In this document: piece by piece, positions 27,317-35,832 of the stretch
Position numbering within the stretch: the stretch's first letter is position 1
Layout of the letters: every line of letters starts with the position of its first letter
From: a virus
Lineage: Duplodnaviria > Caudoviricetes
IMG/VR virus record: IMGVR_UViG_3300027419_000056
Location: 1-40,447 of that record
Length of the DNA stretch: 40,447 bases
Direction: 5' to 3' (one strand)
Made by a program: the position numbers and the translations under genes
The notes under the pieces: generated by a model
What the model was told of the DNA's origin: nothing
Seen by the model: only the letters and a program-made list of their open reading frames with translations
Databases searched by the model: none

Positions 27317-27327
27317 GCTATTGCTGA

Positions 27328-27357
27328 TTGAAGGAAGTGTAATGAGTATGATAAAAT
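27328..27357 (+). promoter_or_regulatory. Putative leaderless promoter of the glycosylation cluster (TTGAAG-18-TAAAAT, extended -10)
   Basis: ATG 6 nt downstream; same geometry as the other promoters. Confidence 0.5.
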
Positions 27358-27363
27358 TATCAT

Positions 27364-28173
27364 ATGCTTTCCGTTATCATTCCTTCACGTAATGAGAAGT
27401 ACCTTCAAAAGACTATTCTTGATGTCTTACAAAAAGCAGTTGGTGATATCCAAGTTATCGTTATCCTTGATGGATATTGGTGTGACATAAAGGAATATAT
27501 AAATGATAAGCGTGTCACCTATATTCATTTCTCTGATGCTCGTGGTATGCGGAACGCCATCAACTCCGGTGTTTCTATTGCAAAAGGCGCATATATCCTC
27601 AAATGTGATGCCCATTGTATGTTTGAGCATGGGTTTGATACAAAGTTGATAGAAAGTTGCAAAGAAAAAACGATTGTAGTGCCTCGTAGATATGCACTTG
27701 ATCCTGAAAAGTGGGAATTGATAGATAATCCTAAGTATCCAATAGACTATATGTATCTTTCCAGTGATTTTCATGGTGTTCCATGGGAAGAGAAGAATAA
27801 GGATGAAAAACTGAAAGAAAAGAAGATTGATGACTTAATGAGTGCGCAAGGATCGTGTTGGATGATGGAAAAACGCTACTACAACGAGCTTGAACTACTG
27901 GATGAAGAGAGTTATGGCACATTCTATAATGAGTTTCAGGAAATAGGACTCAAATGTTGGCTATCCGGTGGACGTGTCATTGTAAACAAGAATACATGGT
28001 ATGCGCATTGGCATAAGCCAAAAGAGGTTGGACGTGGCTATTCACTTGAAAAAGGATTGCAGGAACAAGCTGAATCGTTTACTAAGAGATGGATGGCTAC
28101 AGGTTGGAGAAAACAGAATCTTCCTATCACGTGGCTCATAGAAAAGTTTGCACCGGTTCCAACATGGAGGTAG
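27364..28173 (+). CDS. GT-A glycosyltransferase (GT2/GT27-like, DxH motif)
   Basis: LSVIIPSRNE, VIVILDG, KCDAHC, EIGLKCWLSGG...YAHWHK. Confidence 0.9.
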   Translation: MLSVIIPSRNEKYLQKTILDVLQKAVGDIQVIVILDGYWCDIKEYINDKRVTYIHFSDARGMRNAINSGVSIAKGAYILKCDAHCMFEHGFDTKLIESCKEKTIVVPRRYALDPEKWELIDNPKYPIDYMYLSSDFHGVPWEEKNKDEKLKEKKIDDLMSAQGSCWMMEKRYYNELELLDEESYGTFYNEFQEIGLKCWLSGGRVIVNKNTWYAHWHKPKEVGRGYSLEKGLQEQAESFTKRWMATGWRKQNLPITWLIEKFAPVPTWR

Positions 28174-28175
28174 AT

Positions 28176-28679
28176 ATGAAAAATAGAAGAGACATTGCAA
28201 AATTTTGTAATAGACATGGATTCAAAATCGGTGTTGAGATAGGTGTATCCGAAGGAAAGAACGCAAAAGTATTTTGTGAAGAGATACAAGGACTCCATTT
28301 TCTAGGTGTTGATCCATATCTTGATCATCCATCCATGGCCATTACTGCAAAAAAGAATCTCCAAGGATATGATGCGACTATTCTTCAAATGACAAGCCTA
28401 GATGCTTCCTCAGAGGCTACAAATAGATTCTACGATTTTGCAATCATAGATGGAAATCATACATTTGCCAATGCCATGCTTGATATTCTTCTTTGGACAA
28501 AGAAAGTAAAGGTTGGTGGCCTTATTATCTGTCATGACTATTACCATTTTCACGGATCTGGTGTTATTGAGGCAGTTAATGCGTATGTACAAATAAATAA
28601 GATAAACCTGCACTTAACAACCGGTGATTCAAGATCTCATGATGACAAAATGCCAACTGCATGGTGGGTAAACATATGA
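28176..28679 (+). CDS. Class I SAM-dependent methyltransferase (Methyltransf_24-like; probable start 28176)
   Basis: GVEIGV..G, GVDPY, DFAIIDGNH, VKVGGLIICHDY. Confidence 0.88.
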   Translation: MKNRRDIAKFCNRHGFKIGVEIGVSEGKNAKVFCEEIQGLHFLGVDPYLDHPSMAITAKKNLQGYDATILQMTSLDASSEATNRFYDFAIIDGNHTFANAMLDILLWTKKVKVGGLIICHDYYHFHGSGVIEAVNAYVQINKINLHLTTGDSRSHDDKMPTAWWVNI

Positions 28680-29446
28680 ACGATACAACAATCATCTACT
28701 ACACATGCAACTATCTTGAAGAGAAGAATCCGTATTTCCTTCAACAGACAAAAACACAACTTCATAAGGCTGCGGGTGATATCCCAATTATCAGTGTCTC
28801 GCATAAGCCGATGAAAGATATGGGAGAGAATATCTGTCTTGGTGATATCGGAAGATCGCATTTGAATATCTATCGCCAGATACTCATAGGTGCAAAAGCA
28901 GCAACAACGAAGTATGTTGCCATGGCAGAAGACGATATCCTCTATTCATATGAACACTTCCATTTTGAGCCATATGTAAAACAGGAGTTTTTGGATAATG
29001 ACTATTTTTTATACGACATGGCAAAAGTATCATTATTTACATGGACAAAACCGACAATGTTTTCATTCAGGACAAAGAGACGGGTAGTCAATCAACTTAT
29101 TGCTCCAAGGAAAATGCTCATTGAATCGCTTGAGGAACGGTTTGCACGCCTAGAAGTGCTAAAAAAGAAATGGCCAGAAGAAAAGATTATCAAATACTGG
29201 GGAGACCCCGGAAGATATGAGGATATTTTAGGTGTGACTATTCGTCCATGCTATGAGTTCTATTCATGGATACCATCTATTGTTTTTTCTCATGAATACG
29301 CCTATGGATATGAGTTCAATCAGGGAAAGAAGAAAAAACTAGGAGACTTACGCATTATTGAACTTGCCGATTGGGGAAAAGCATCTGATGTACTAAAATT
29401 ATATACAGATGACGATATTTATATAAAGAATCAAGATGAAACCTAA
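28676..29446 (+). CDS. Putative GT-A glycosyltransferase (second type; probable start 28676)
   Basis: YVAMAEDDILY acidic motif; paralogous to the C-terminal half of 29933..31582. Confidence 0.75.
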   Translation: MNDTTIIYYTCNYLEEKNPYFLQQTKTQLHKAAGDIPIISVSHKPMKDMGENICLGDIGRSHLNIYRQILIGAKAATTKYVAMAEDDILYSYEHFHFEPYVKQEFLDNDYFLYDMAKVSLFTWTKPTMFSFRTKRRVVNQLIAPRKMLIESLEERFARLEVLKKKWPEEKIIKYWGDPGRYEDILGVTIRPCYEFYSWIPSIVFSHEYAYGYEFNQGKKKKLGDLRIIELADWGKASDVLKLYTDDDIYIKNQDET

Positions 29447-29936
29447 TTTTGTATTCAAAGAAGAACACTATGCTACGCATCTCCCGATGCTTATTCGTTG
29501 TGTGGAACTATCTGATCCGGAATTACCTATCTTAGAGCTTGGTATTGGGTATAGTACGTTTATTCTTGATATGCTTTGTAAACAGAATGGTCGTGAGATA
29601 TTTTCCTATGAGAATGATAGAAAATGGCATGGAAAGTTCCTTGAATTCTATCAAATGAATCATAAGGTTATCTATACGGAAGATTGGGACAATATTATTA
29701 AGCGCCATTGGGGTGTTGTTCTCATTGATCATAGACCAGCAAAGAGACGGCATATAGATGCACTGAAGCTCAAAGATAGTGCAGACTACATTATTCTCCA
29801 TGACTCAGAGCCTGAGATAGACAAGTTTTATGGATATAAAGGGATATATAAGCACTTCAAATACGTCCATCACTATACAACTTGTAAACCTAATACAACT
29901 GTCGTATCAAATTTTAAGGACTTGAGGAATCTATGA
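29436..29936 (+). CDS. Putative class I SAM-dependent methyltransferase
   Basis: ILELGIGYST, SYEND..W, VLIDH, IILHDSE. Confidence 0.7.
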   Translation: MKPNFVFKEEHYATHLPMLIRCVELSDPELPILELGIGYSTFILDMLCKQNGREIFSYENDRKWHGKFLEFYQMNHKVIYTEDWDNIIKRHWGVVLIDHRPAKRRHIDALKLKDSADYIILHDSEPEIDKFYGYKGIYKHFKYVHHYTTCKPNTTVVSNFKDLRNL

Positions 29937-31582
29937 AACACTATGACTTGTCCGTTATCATAACAGCCCGTAATGAAGAGTTTTTGTCTCGTACTGTAGA
30001 GGGTGTTATTGCAAATAAGCGGGGAAATACGGAAGTCATTGTCATTTGTGATGGAAACTGGCCAAACCCTGCAATTACAGATCATCCAGACGTTACCATG
30101 ATATATCACTCAGAATCAATTGGACAACGTGCTGCAATCAATGAAGCTGCACGACTATCCACAGCGAAGTTCATCATGAAGCTTGACGCACATTGCGTTG
30201 TAGATGAGGGTTTTGACGTAAAACTTATGGCAGATTGTGAATACAATTGGACAGTTATTCCTCGGATGTATAATCTGCATGCTTTTGATTGGGTTTGTTC
30301 CAGTTGTGGATATAGAAAGTATCAGTCACCAACGCCGGAAAACCTGAAATGCGAAGAGTGCAAGAAGGAACGAGTGATGAAGCGGGAAATTATCTGGAAG
30401 CCACGATGGAATAAACGATCAGATTTTATGCGATTTGATAGCGACTTGCACTTCCAATACTGGGGAGAGCTTGGTAAACGTCCAGAGTCACAAGGAGAAC
30501 TTGCAGAAACCATGTCATTTGTTGGTGCATGCTTCTTTATGCATAGGGATTACTATTGGGAACTTGGTGGATCAGAGGAAGAATGGGGCTCGTGGGGGCA
30601 ACAAGGGACAGAATGGGCTTGCAAGACATGGCTTTCAGGTGGAAGAGTTATGGTAAACAAAAAGACATGGTTTGCTCACCTATTTAGGACTCAGGGTGGA
30701 GACTTTGGATTCCCCTATCCTCAATCAGGTAATCAGGTAGACCATGCACGGAAGCGGTCTAAGGAGTTTTTTAAGGAAGGAAAATGGAAAGGGGCAAAAC
30801 ACAATTTGGATTGGCTTATCCGTAAATTCTATCCTATACCCGGATGGGAAGGATATAAAATAGACACTGTAGTGCCCTTAGAGCCATCAAAACCAACAAA
30901 AGGCATAATCTACTACACAGACAATCAAGTGCCTTTAAAACTTGGACATATGTGCCGTAAGGAGATTCTAAAAGCGGGTTTACCAATTGTCAGTGCATCA
31001 CTCAAGCCTATGGATTTTGGAAAGAACATTGTCCTAGGACTTCCACGTGGATACGTGGCATACCACAAGCAGATTCTTGCAGCACTTGAGGCATCAACAG
31101 CAGACATTATTTTCTTTTGTGAACATGATGTCCTCTATCACCAGTCGCATTTTGACTTTACTCCGCCAAGGAAGGACGTGTACTACTATAACTTCAATTG
31201 GTGGAGAGTTCGGTGTACCGATGGCCATGCAATTCACTATGATACGCATCAGGTCAATTTCATTGTCGGGTACCGAGATCTTTTAATTGCACACTATAAA
31301 GAAAAGGTACGAAGGATAGAGGCAACAGGCTTTACTATGGCAATGGGATTTGAGCCCGGATGCAACAGTCGTGCAGAACGAATAGATGATGTAAAGGCAG
31401 AGCGATTTGATAGCGCATTTCCTAACTTAGATTTGCGGTATGGAGGCAATCTTACCAAGAGCCGATGGAAACAGGAAGAATTTAGAAATGAGCGAAGCTG
31501 TAGAAACTGGAAAGAGACCAGTTTAGACAAGATTGATGGATGGGAATTACCAATTGACACATTCACAAAATATAACAAATAG
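29933..31582 (+). CDS. Two-domain glycosyltransferase (GT2/GT27-like + second GT-A domain) with Zn-ribbon insertion
   Basis: LSVIITARNE, KLDAHC, CSSC..CEEC, WGQQGTEWACKTWLSGG...FAHLFR; second domain IFFCEHDVLY. Confidence 0.9.
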   Translation: MKHYDLSVIITARNEEFLSRTVEGVIANKRGNTEVIVICDGNWPNPAITDHPDVTMIYHSESIGQRAAINEAARLSTAKFIMKLDAHCVVDEGFDVKLMADCEYNWTVIPRMYNLHAFDWVCSSCGYRKYQSPTPENLKCEECKKERVMKREIIWKPRWNKRSDFMRFDSDLHFQYWGELGKRPESQGELAETMSFVGACFFMHRDYYWELGGSEEEWGSWGQQGTEWACKTWLSGGRVMVNKKTWFAHLFRTQGGDFGFPYPQSGNQVDHARKRSKEFFKEGKWKGAKHNLDWLIRKFYPIPGWEGYKIDTVVPLEPSKPTKGIIYYTDNQVPLKLGHMCRKEILKAGLPIVSASLKPMDFGKNIVLGLPRGYVAYHKQILAALEASTADIIFFCEHDVLYHQSHFDFTPPRKDVYYYNFNWWRVRCTDGHAIHYDTHQVNFIVGYRDLLIAHYKEKVRRIEATGFTMAMGFEPGCNSRAERIDDVKAERFDSAFPNLDLRYGGNLTKSRWKQEEFRNERSCRNWKETSLDKIDGWELPIDTFTKYNK

Positions 31583-31612
31583 TATAAAATTATAACCATA
31601 AAGGAGATAACT

Positions 31613-32692
31613 ATGATTCCTGTCTTACGTCCTGATATAGATGAACAAACAACAAAAGATCTTATTGATGTTCTAAAATCCGGTTGGTGGGGACAGGGGC
31701 CAAAAACATTTGAATTTGAAAAGCAATTTGCTGAATACGTTGGCGCAAAATATGCCATAGGATGCAATTCCGGAACTGCTGCGCTTGATCTCTGTTTAAA
31801 AGCATATAACATTAAAGGTGGCGAACTTATTACCACACCATTTACGTTTGTTGCAGATGCGATTGTTGGCGAATGGAATGATATGGATGTGACATTTGCC
31901 GATATTGATGAGGATTCTTTTTGTCTTGATCCAAAGTCTGTTGTGATAACAGATAAGACAAAGGCAATCATTACTGTTGATTCACATGGACGTTTAGCTG
32001 ATATTGACGGTCTACGAAAAAAGTTTGACGGACTTATCATAGAAGATGCAGCGCATGCTATGTACACTCCCGGAGCAGGAAAGAAAGCAGATATTACTAT
32101 CTGGTCATTCCAAGCGGTCAAGTCTCTGCCAACTGGAGATGGAGGAATGATTACAACAAATGATGACAAGATATATGAACGACTCCGAACACTTACATGG
32201 CTTGGCGTTGAAAAGAATACATTTCAACGGGTTGGAGCAAAACGATATACATGGGATTATGACATTACACAGGCTGATGGGCTCAAGGCATATATGAACG
32301 ATCTTACAGCTGTTATTGGACTCGGACAACTTCGGAGGATTGAAGAACTTACAGCAAAACGAAGAGCAGTACAAGCAGTCTACAACGAAGCGTTTAAGGA
32401 TATAAAACAGATTAAGATTCCCATGTACTCACACACATGTCAGTATTACACTATGAAATGTGAACGGCGTGACGAACTCTCTGATTATCTTGCCTCAAAT
32501 GAGATTGCAACAAGCGTACATTTTAAGCCATTGAATATGATGACATACTGGAAAAAAGCAGAGAAACGAGAACTCAAGGTAAATAACAAGGTATGGACAC
32601 AATTATTGAGTCTTCCGGTATTTAATACAATCACATGGACAGAAGTAGAGAAAATTATTCGTTGCGTCAAGGAATTTTATGAAACTAAATAA
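31613..32692 (+). CDS. DegT/DnrJ/EryC1/StrS-family PLP-dependent sugar aminotransferase
   Basis: NSGTAAL, IIEDAAHA, SFQAVKSLPTGDGG. Confidence 0.95.
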   Translation: MIPVLRPDIDEQTTKDLIDVLKSGWWGQGPKTFEFEKQFAEYVGAKYAIGCNSGTAALDLCLKAYNIKGGELITTPFTFVADAIVGEWNDMDVTFADIDEDSFCLDPKSVVITDKTKAIITVDSHGRLADIDGLRKKFDGLIIEDAAHAMYTPGAGKKADITIWSFQAVKSLPTGDGGMITTNDDKIYERLRTLTWLGVEKNTFQRVGAKRYTWDYDITQADGLKAYMNDLTAVIGLGQLRRIEELTAKRRAVQAVYNEAFKDIKQIKIPMYSHTCQYYTMKCERRDELSDYLASNEIATSVHFKPLNMMTYWKKAEKRELKVNNKVWTQLLSLPVFNTITWTEVEKIIRCVKEFYETK

Positions 32693-33305
32693 CATTTTGC
32701 TTACTGGAGGATCCGGTCTTCTTGGGAAAGAATTGAGAAAATATATACCATTCACTGCACCAGATCATAAGGAAATGGACATTTGTGATGCACAGACAAT
32801 GGATAAGTACAAAGATAGCGATACGGTCATTCATTGTGCAGCATATACGGATGTTATAAAAGCGGAAAAAGAGAAACGGAAATGCTATTGGACAAATGTC
32901 ATAGGCACATACAACATCAGCCAAGTATTCAAGGATAAGTATGTTGTGTTCATTTCCTCAGAATATGCAGTCAATCCGGTCAATTGGTATTCTTATACGA
33001 AACAATTGGCAGAGAATATCATTAAGGCGAACTGTAAAGACTATCTGATCATCCGCACCTTGTTCAAAGCGAATCCATTTCCGTATGAATATGCATTTTT
33101 TGATCAAGAAACCTATGGAGACTACGTAGATGTCATAGCGCCTATGGTCGCAACGGCTATCCTTTGTCATGAAAAAGGAATTATCCAGATAGGAACAGGA
33201 AAGAAAACAATCTTTGAACTTGCTAGACGGACAAGACCGGAGATTAAGGCTATTTCTGTTGATGATATAAAAGATGTGAAGTTGCCAAAGGAGGCATATG
33301 TCTAA
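32679..33305 (+). CDS. RmlD-like NAD(P)-dependent nucleotide-sugar reductase (short form)
   Basis: LTGGSGLLG, HCAAYTDV..AE, FISSEY, YSYTK (YxxxK). Confidence 0.88.
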   Translation: MKLNNILLTGGSGLLGKELRKYIPFTAPDHKEMDICDAQTMDKYKDSDTVIHCAAYTDVIKAEKEKRKCYWTNVIGTYNISQVFKDKYVVFISSEYAVNPVNWYSYTKQLAENIIKANCKDYLIIRTLFKANPFPYEYAFFDQETYGDYVDVIAPMVATAILCHEKGIIQIGTGKKTIFELARRTRPEIKAISVDDIKDVKLPKEAYV

Positions 33306-34083
33306 AACAGTAGCAATTGTTGGAATCGGATGGGTCGGAAAACACATGAATACTCTTTTTCCAAGTGCCTATATCTATTCAAATGGGAAACATGGAGAAA
33401 TAGGGAAAAAAGAGGAAGTAAACAAGTGTGATGTTGCATTTGTCTGTGTACCGTCCCCTAACATCGGAAAAGACAGACTGGATACCTCCTACGTAGAAGA
33501 AGTTGTTGCATGGTGCACATGTCCGCTTATCGTTATCCGTTCTACTGTTAATCCCGGAACTTGTGACTATTTAGCTTCAAAATACAAAAAACATATTGTC
33601 ATGGAGCCGGAATACTTAGGCGAAACACCAAATCATCCAATGTTTGATGCTCGTACACGACAATTCATCATTATTGGTGGTAATCCAAAAGACAGACGGG
33701 AACTTATTAACCTCTATACAATTGTTTACAATGCCAACACTATTATCCGTCAGGTAACGGCATATGAAGCTGAGGTAATTAAGCTCTCTGAAAACCGTGC
33801 AATCCTATATAAAGTCATGGAATGCCAAGAACTCTATGATGCATGTGAAAAGGCCGGTGTAGACTACTACACAGTCAGAGACGCAGTGTATAGCGATGAT
33901 CCACGGTTTAATCTTTGGTGGACATTCATCATGGCGGAAAAACCAAGGGGATGCATATCAAAATGTATTCCAAAAGATCCGTATGCATGGTGTGCATGGG
34001 CTGAAAGCTTTGGCTATGAGCCAATAATGACACGGACACTGCTTGCAAAGAATGAAGAATGGATCAGTTCTTATAGCAAATAG
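33298..34083 (+). CDS. UDP-glucose/GDP-mannose dehydrogenase family protein (no C-terminal domain)
   Basis: IVGIGWVG, FVCVPSP, IRSTVNPGT, PEYLGE, AEVIKLSEN, CIPKD. Confidence 0.88.
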   Translation: MSKTVAIVGIGWVGKHMNTLFPSAYIYSNGKHGEIGKKEEVNKCDVAFVCVPSPNIGKDRLDTSYVEEVVAWCTCPLIVIRSTVNPGTCDYLASKYKKHIVMEPEYLGETPNHPMFDARTRQFIIIGGNPKDRRELINLYTIVYNANTIIRQVTAYEAEVIKLSENRAILYKVMECQELYDACEKAGVDYYTVRDAVYSDDPRFNLWWTFIMAEKPRGCISKCIPKDPYAWCAWAESFGYEPIMTRTLLAKNEEWISSYSK

Positions 34084-34096
34084 TCCTAGTATTCCG

Positions 34097-34126
34097 TTGC
34101 CTTCCGAGAGTTTTATAGTCTAAGCT
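34097..34126 (+). promoter_or_regulatory. Late-type leaderless promoter TTGCCT-18-TAAGCT
   Basis: Shared motif; ATG 6 nt downstream. Confidence 0.7.
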
Positions 34127-34132
34127 ATTTAT

Positions 34133-35794
34133 ATGGCATATACATCGGATTTGATTCCCGACATGACGTCAAATACAGAACCTTCGGGCGTTGCTTCTGC
34201 GAGCGATGATTTAGGTGGAGGATATCCTGCATATAGAGCATTTGATGATTATAATGTTGGAGATGCTGGAAATGGTTGGGCATGTTCTGGAACTTCTGGA
34301 TGGGTACAATATCAATTTACTTCTTCTCATGTCATTACGCAATATACGGTAACAAATAGAGACGCTGGTGCATTATCTCGTTCTCCTAAGTCATGGACAT
34401 TCAAAGGTTCTAACAATGGGACTGATTGGACTACGTTGGATACTCAATCAAATATTACCGATTGGGCTTCTACAACAATAAAACACACATATCCAATTAC
34501 AAACTCCACTGCTTATTCTTATTATCGGATGAATATAACTGAATCAAATGATGCATCTTATGTTGGAGTCGGTGAAATTGAAGCCATGGAAACAATTAGT
34601 CCATCATCTTCTGTATCTTTAAGCCCATCAACTACACCATCTTTGTCTCCGTCAATAAGTCCAAGCTCTTCTCAAAGTCCAAGCGCCTCTATTTCTTTGT
34701 CACCTTCACTATCGCCATCTTCTAGTCAATCGCCTTCATTGTCCATTTCATTATCACCTAGTGTCAGTAAAAGCTTATCTCCTTCTATTAGTGCATCACT
34801 TAGTATCTCATTATCGCCGTCCGTCTCAGAAAGCGCATCACAGTCACCAAGTTTAAGTCAAAGTTTGTCTCCAAGCGTTAGTGTTTCTCTTAGCCCATCA
34901 GTTTCAGTATCATTAAGTATTAGCCGTTCTCCAAGTTCAAGTGCATCTAGTTCTCAATCGCCAAGTTCGTCAATATCATTGTCCCCTAGTGTAAGTGAAT
35001 CTCTTAGTCCGTCTATAAGCACTTCATTGTCTCCAAGTATATCTGAATCATTAAGCGTCTCGTTGTCTCCGAGCTTATCTATATCACCAAGCCCGTCATC
35101 TTCACCGAGTCCAACAGAGGTATCATCAGAAAGCTTGTCGTTATCTGCTAGCCCGTCATCTTCACCGAGTGCATCACAGAGCCCGAGCTTATCTGTATCT
35201 CTTTCTCCATCAGTTTCTGTCTCGTTGTCATTTAGCGCAACGATGTCTGCCTCTTTGTCTCCATCCCTCAGCCCATCCCTCAGCGTCTCGTTATCGCCAT
35301 CAGTTTCTGTTTCACCAAGCCCGTCAGTATCTGAATCATTGAGCCCGTCAGTATCGCCAAGCGCTTCCCAAAGCCCGAGTTTAAGCATAAGCTTATCGCC
35401 TAGTGTTAGCGTATCGTTATCGCCATCAGTGAGTCCATCAGTCAGCGTTTCATTGTCACCGAGTATCTCTGTATCACCGTCTCCCAGCGTTTCTGAATCA
35501 TTGAGCCCGTCTTTAAGCCCATCAATCTCTGAAAGCGTTTCAGAATCATTATCAATAAGTGCAACGCCTTCACCAAGTCCGTCTTTATCAGTTTCCTTAT
35601 CGCCATCAATAAGCGTTTCACTTTCGCCATCATTATCACCATCATTATCTATTAGTTTGTCTCCGTCGTTATCGGTATCTCCATCTCCTTCACCACAGAT
35701 ATACGAAGACACTTATGAAGCAAAAAATAACACGTATACAGATAAATACGAGGTAAAGAACAATACCTATATAGCAAAATATCGGGAATGGTAA
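34133..35794 (+). CDS. Discoidin (F5/8 type C, CBM32-like) domain + ~365-aa Ser-X/Pro mucin-like stalk + Tyr-repeat C-terminus
   Basis: AYRAFD, WVQYQF, PKSWTFKGSNNGTDWTTLD, YYRMNITE; residues 156-521 are alternating Ser. Confidence 0.85.
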   Translation: MAYTSDLIPDMTSNTEPSGVASASDDLGGGYPAYRAFDDYNVGDAGNGWACSGTSGWVQYQFTSSHVITQYTVTNRDAGALSRSPKSWTFKGSNNGTDWTTLDTQSNITDWASTTIKHTYPITNSTAYSYYRMNITESNDASYVGVGEIEAMETISPSSSVSLSPSTTPSLSPSISPSSSQSPSASISLSPSLSPSSSQSPSLSISLSPSVSKSLSPSISASLSISLSPSVSESASQSPSLSQSLSPSVSVSLSPSVSVSLSISRSPSSSASSSQSPSSSISLSPSVSESLSPSISTSLSPSISESLSVSLSPSLSISPSPSSSPSPTEVSSESLSLSASPSSSPSASQSPSLSVSLSPSVSVSLSFSATMSASLSPSLSPSLSVSLSPSVSVSPSPSVSESLSPSVSPSASQSPSLSISLSPSVSVSLSPSVSPSVSVSLSPSISVSPSPSVSESLSPSLSPSISESVSESLSISATPSPSPSLSVSLSPSISVSLSPSLSPSLSISLSPSLSVSPSPSPQIYEDTYEAKNNTYTDKYEVKNNTYIAKYREW

Positions 35795-35796
35795 TG

Positions 35797-35826
35797 TTGC
35801 CTTCCAATAGTTTATTCTTCTATTCT
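35797..35826 (+). promoter_or_regulatory. Late-type leaderless promoter TTGCCT-18-TATTCT
   Basis: 35796-35827 identical to 39182-39213 (32 bp). Confidence 0.8.
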
Positions 35827-35832
35827 TGAGGT

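Noticed and set aside
31294-32169. 291-aa minus-strand ORF (also 1977..2612 and the other minus-strand ORFs)
   Set aside because: Overlap well-supported + strand genes and have shadow-type composition
27364-34083. Cluster as DNA hypermodification or host serotype-conversion locus
   Set aside because: No nucleotide-modification genes (hydroxymethylase, kinase, polymerase) and no membrane flippase/Gtr-type or TM-containing GTs. Location among serine-tract virion genes favours protein targets, but the alternatives are not formally excluded
34954-35712. Long minus-strand ORFs with DGL/DGD/TD repeats (also 26671..27066, 26832..27215, 35906..36412)
   Set aside because: Antisense shadows of Ser/Pro codon-rich tracts; no RBS or promoter, and the genome is otherwise unidirectional
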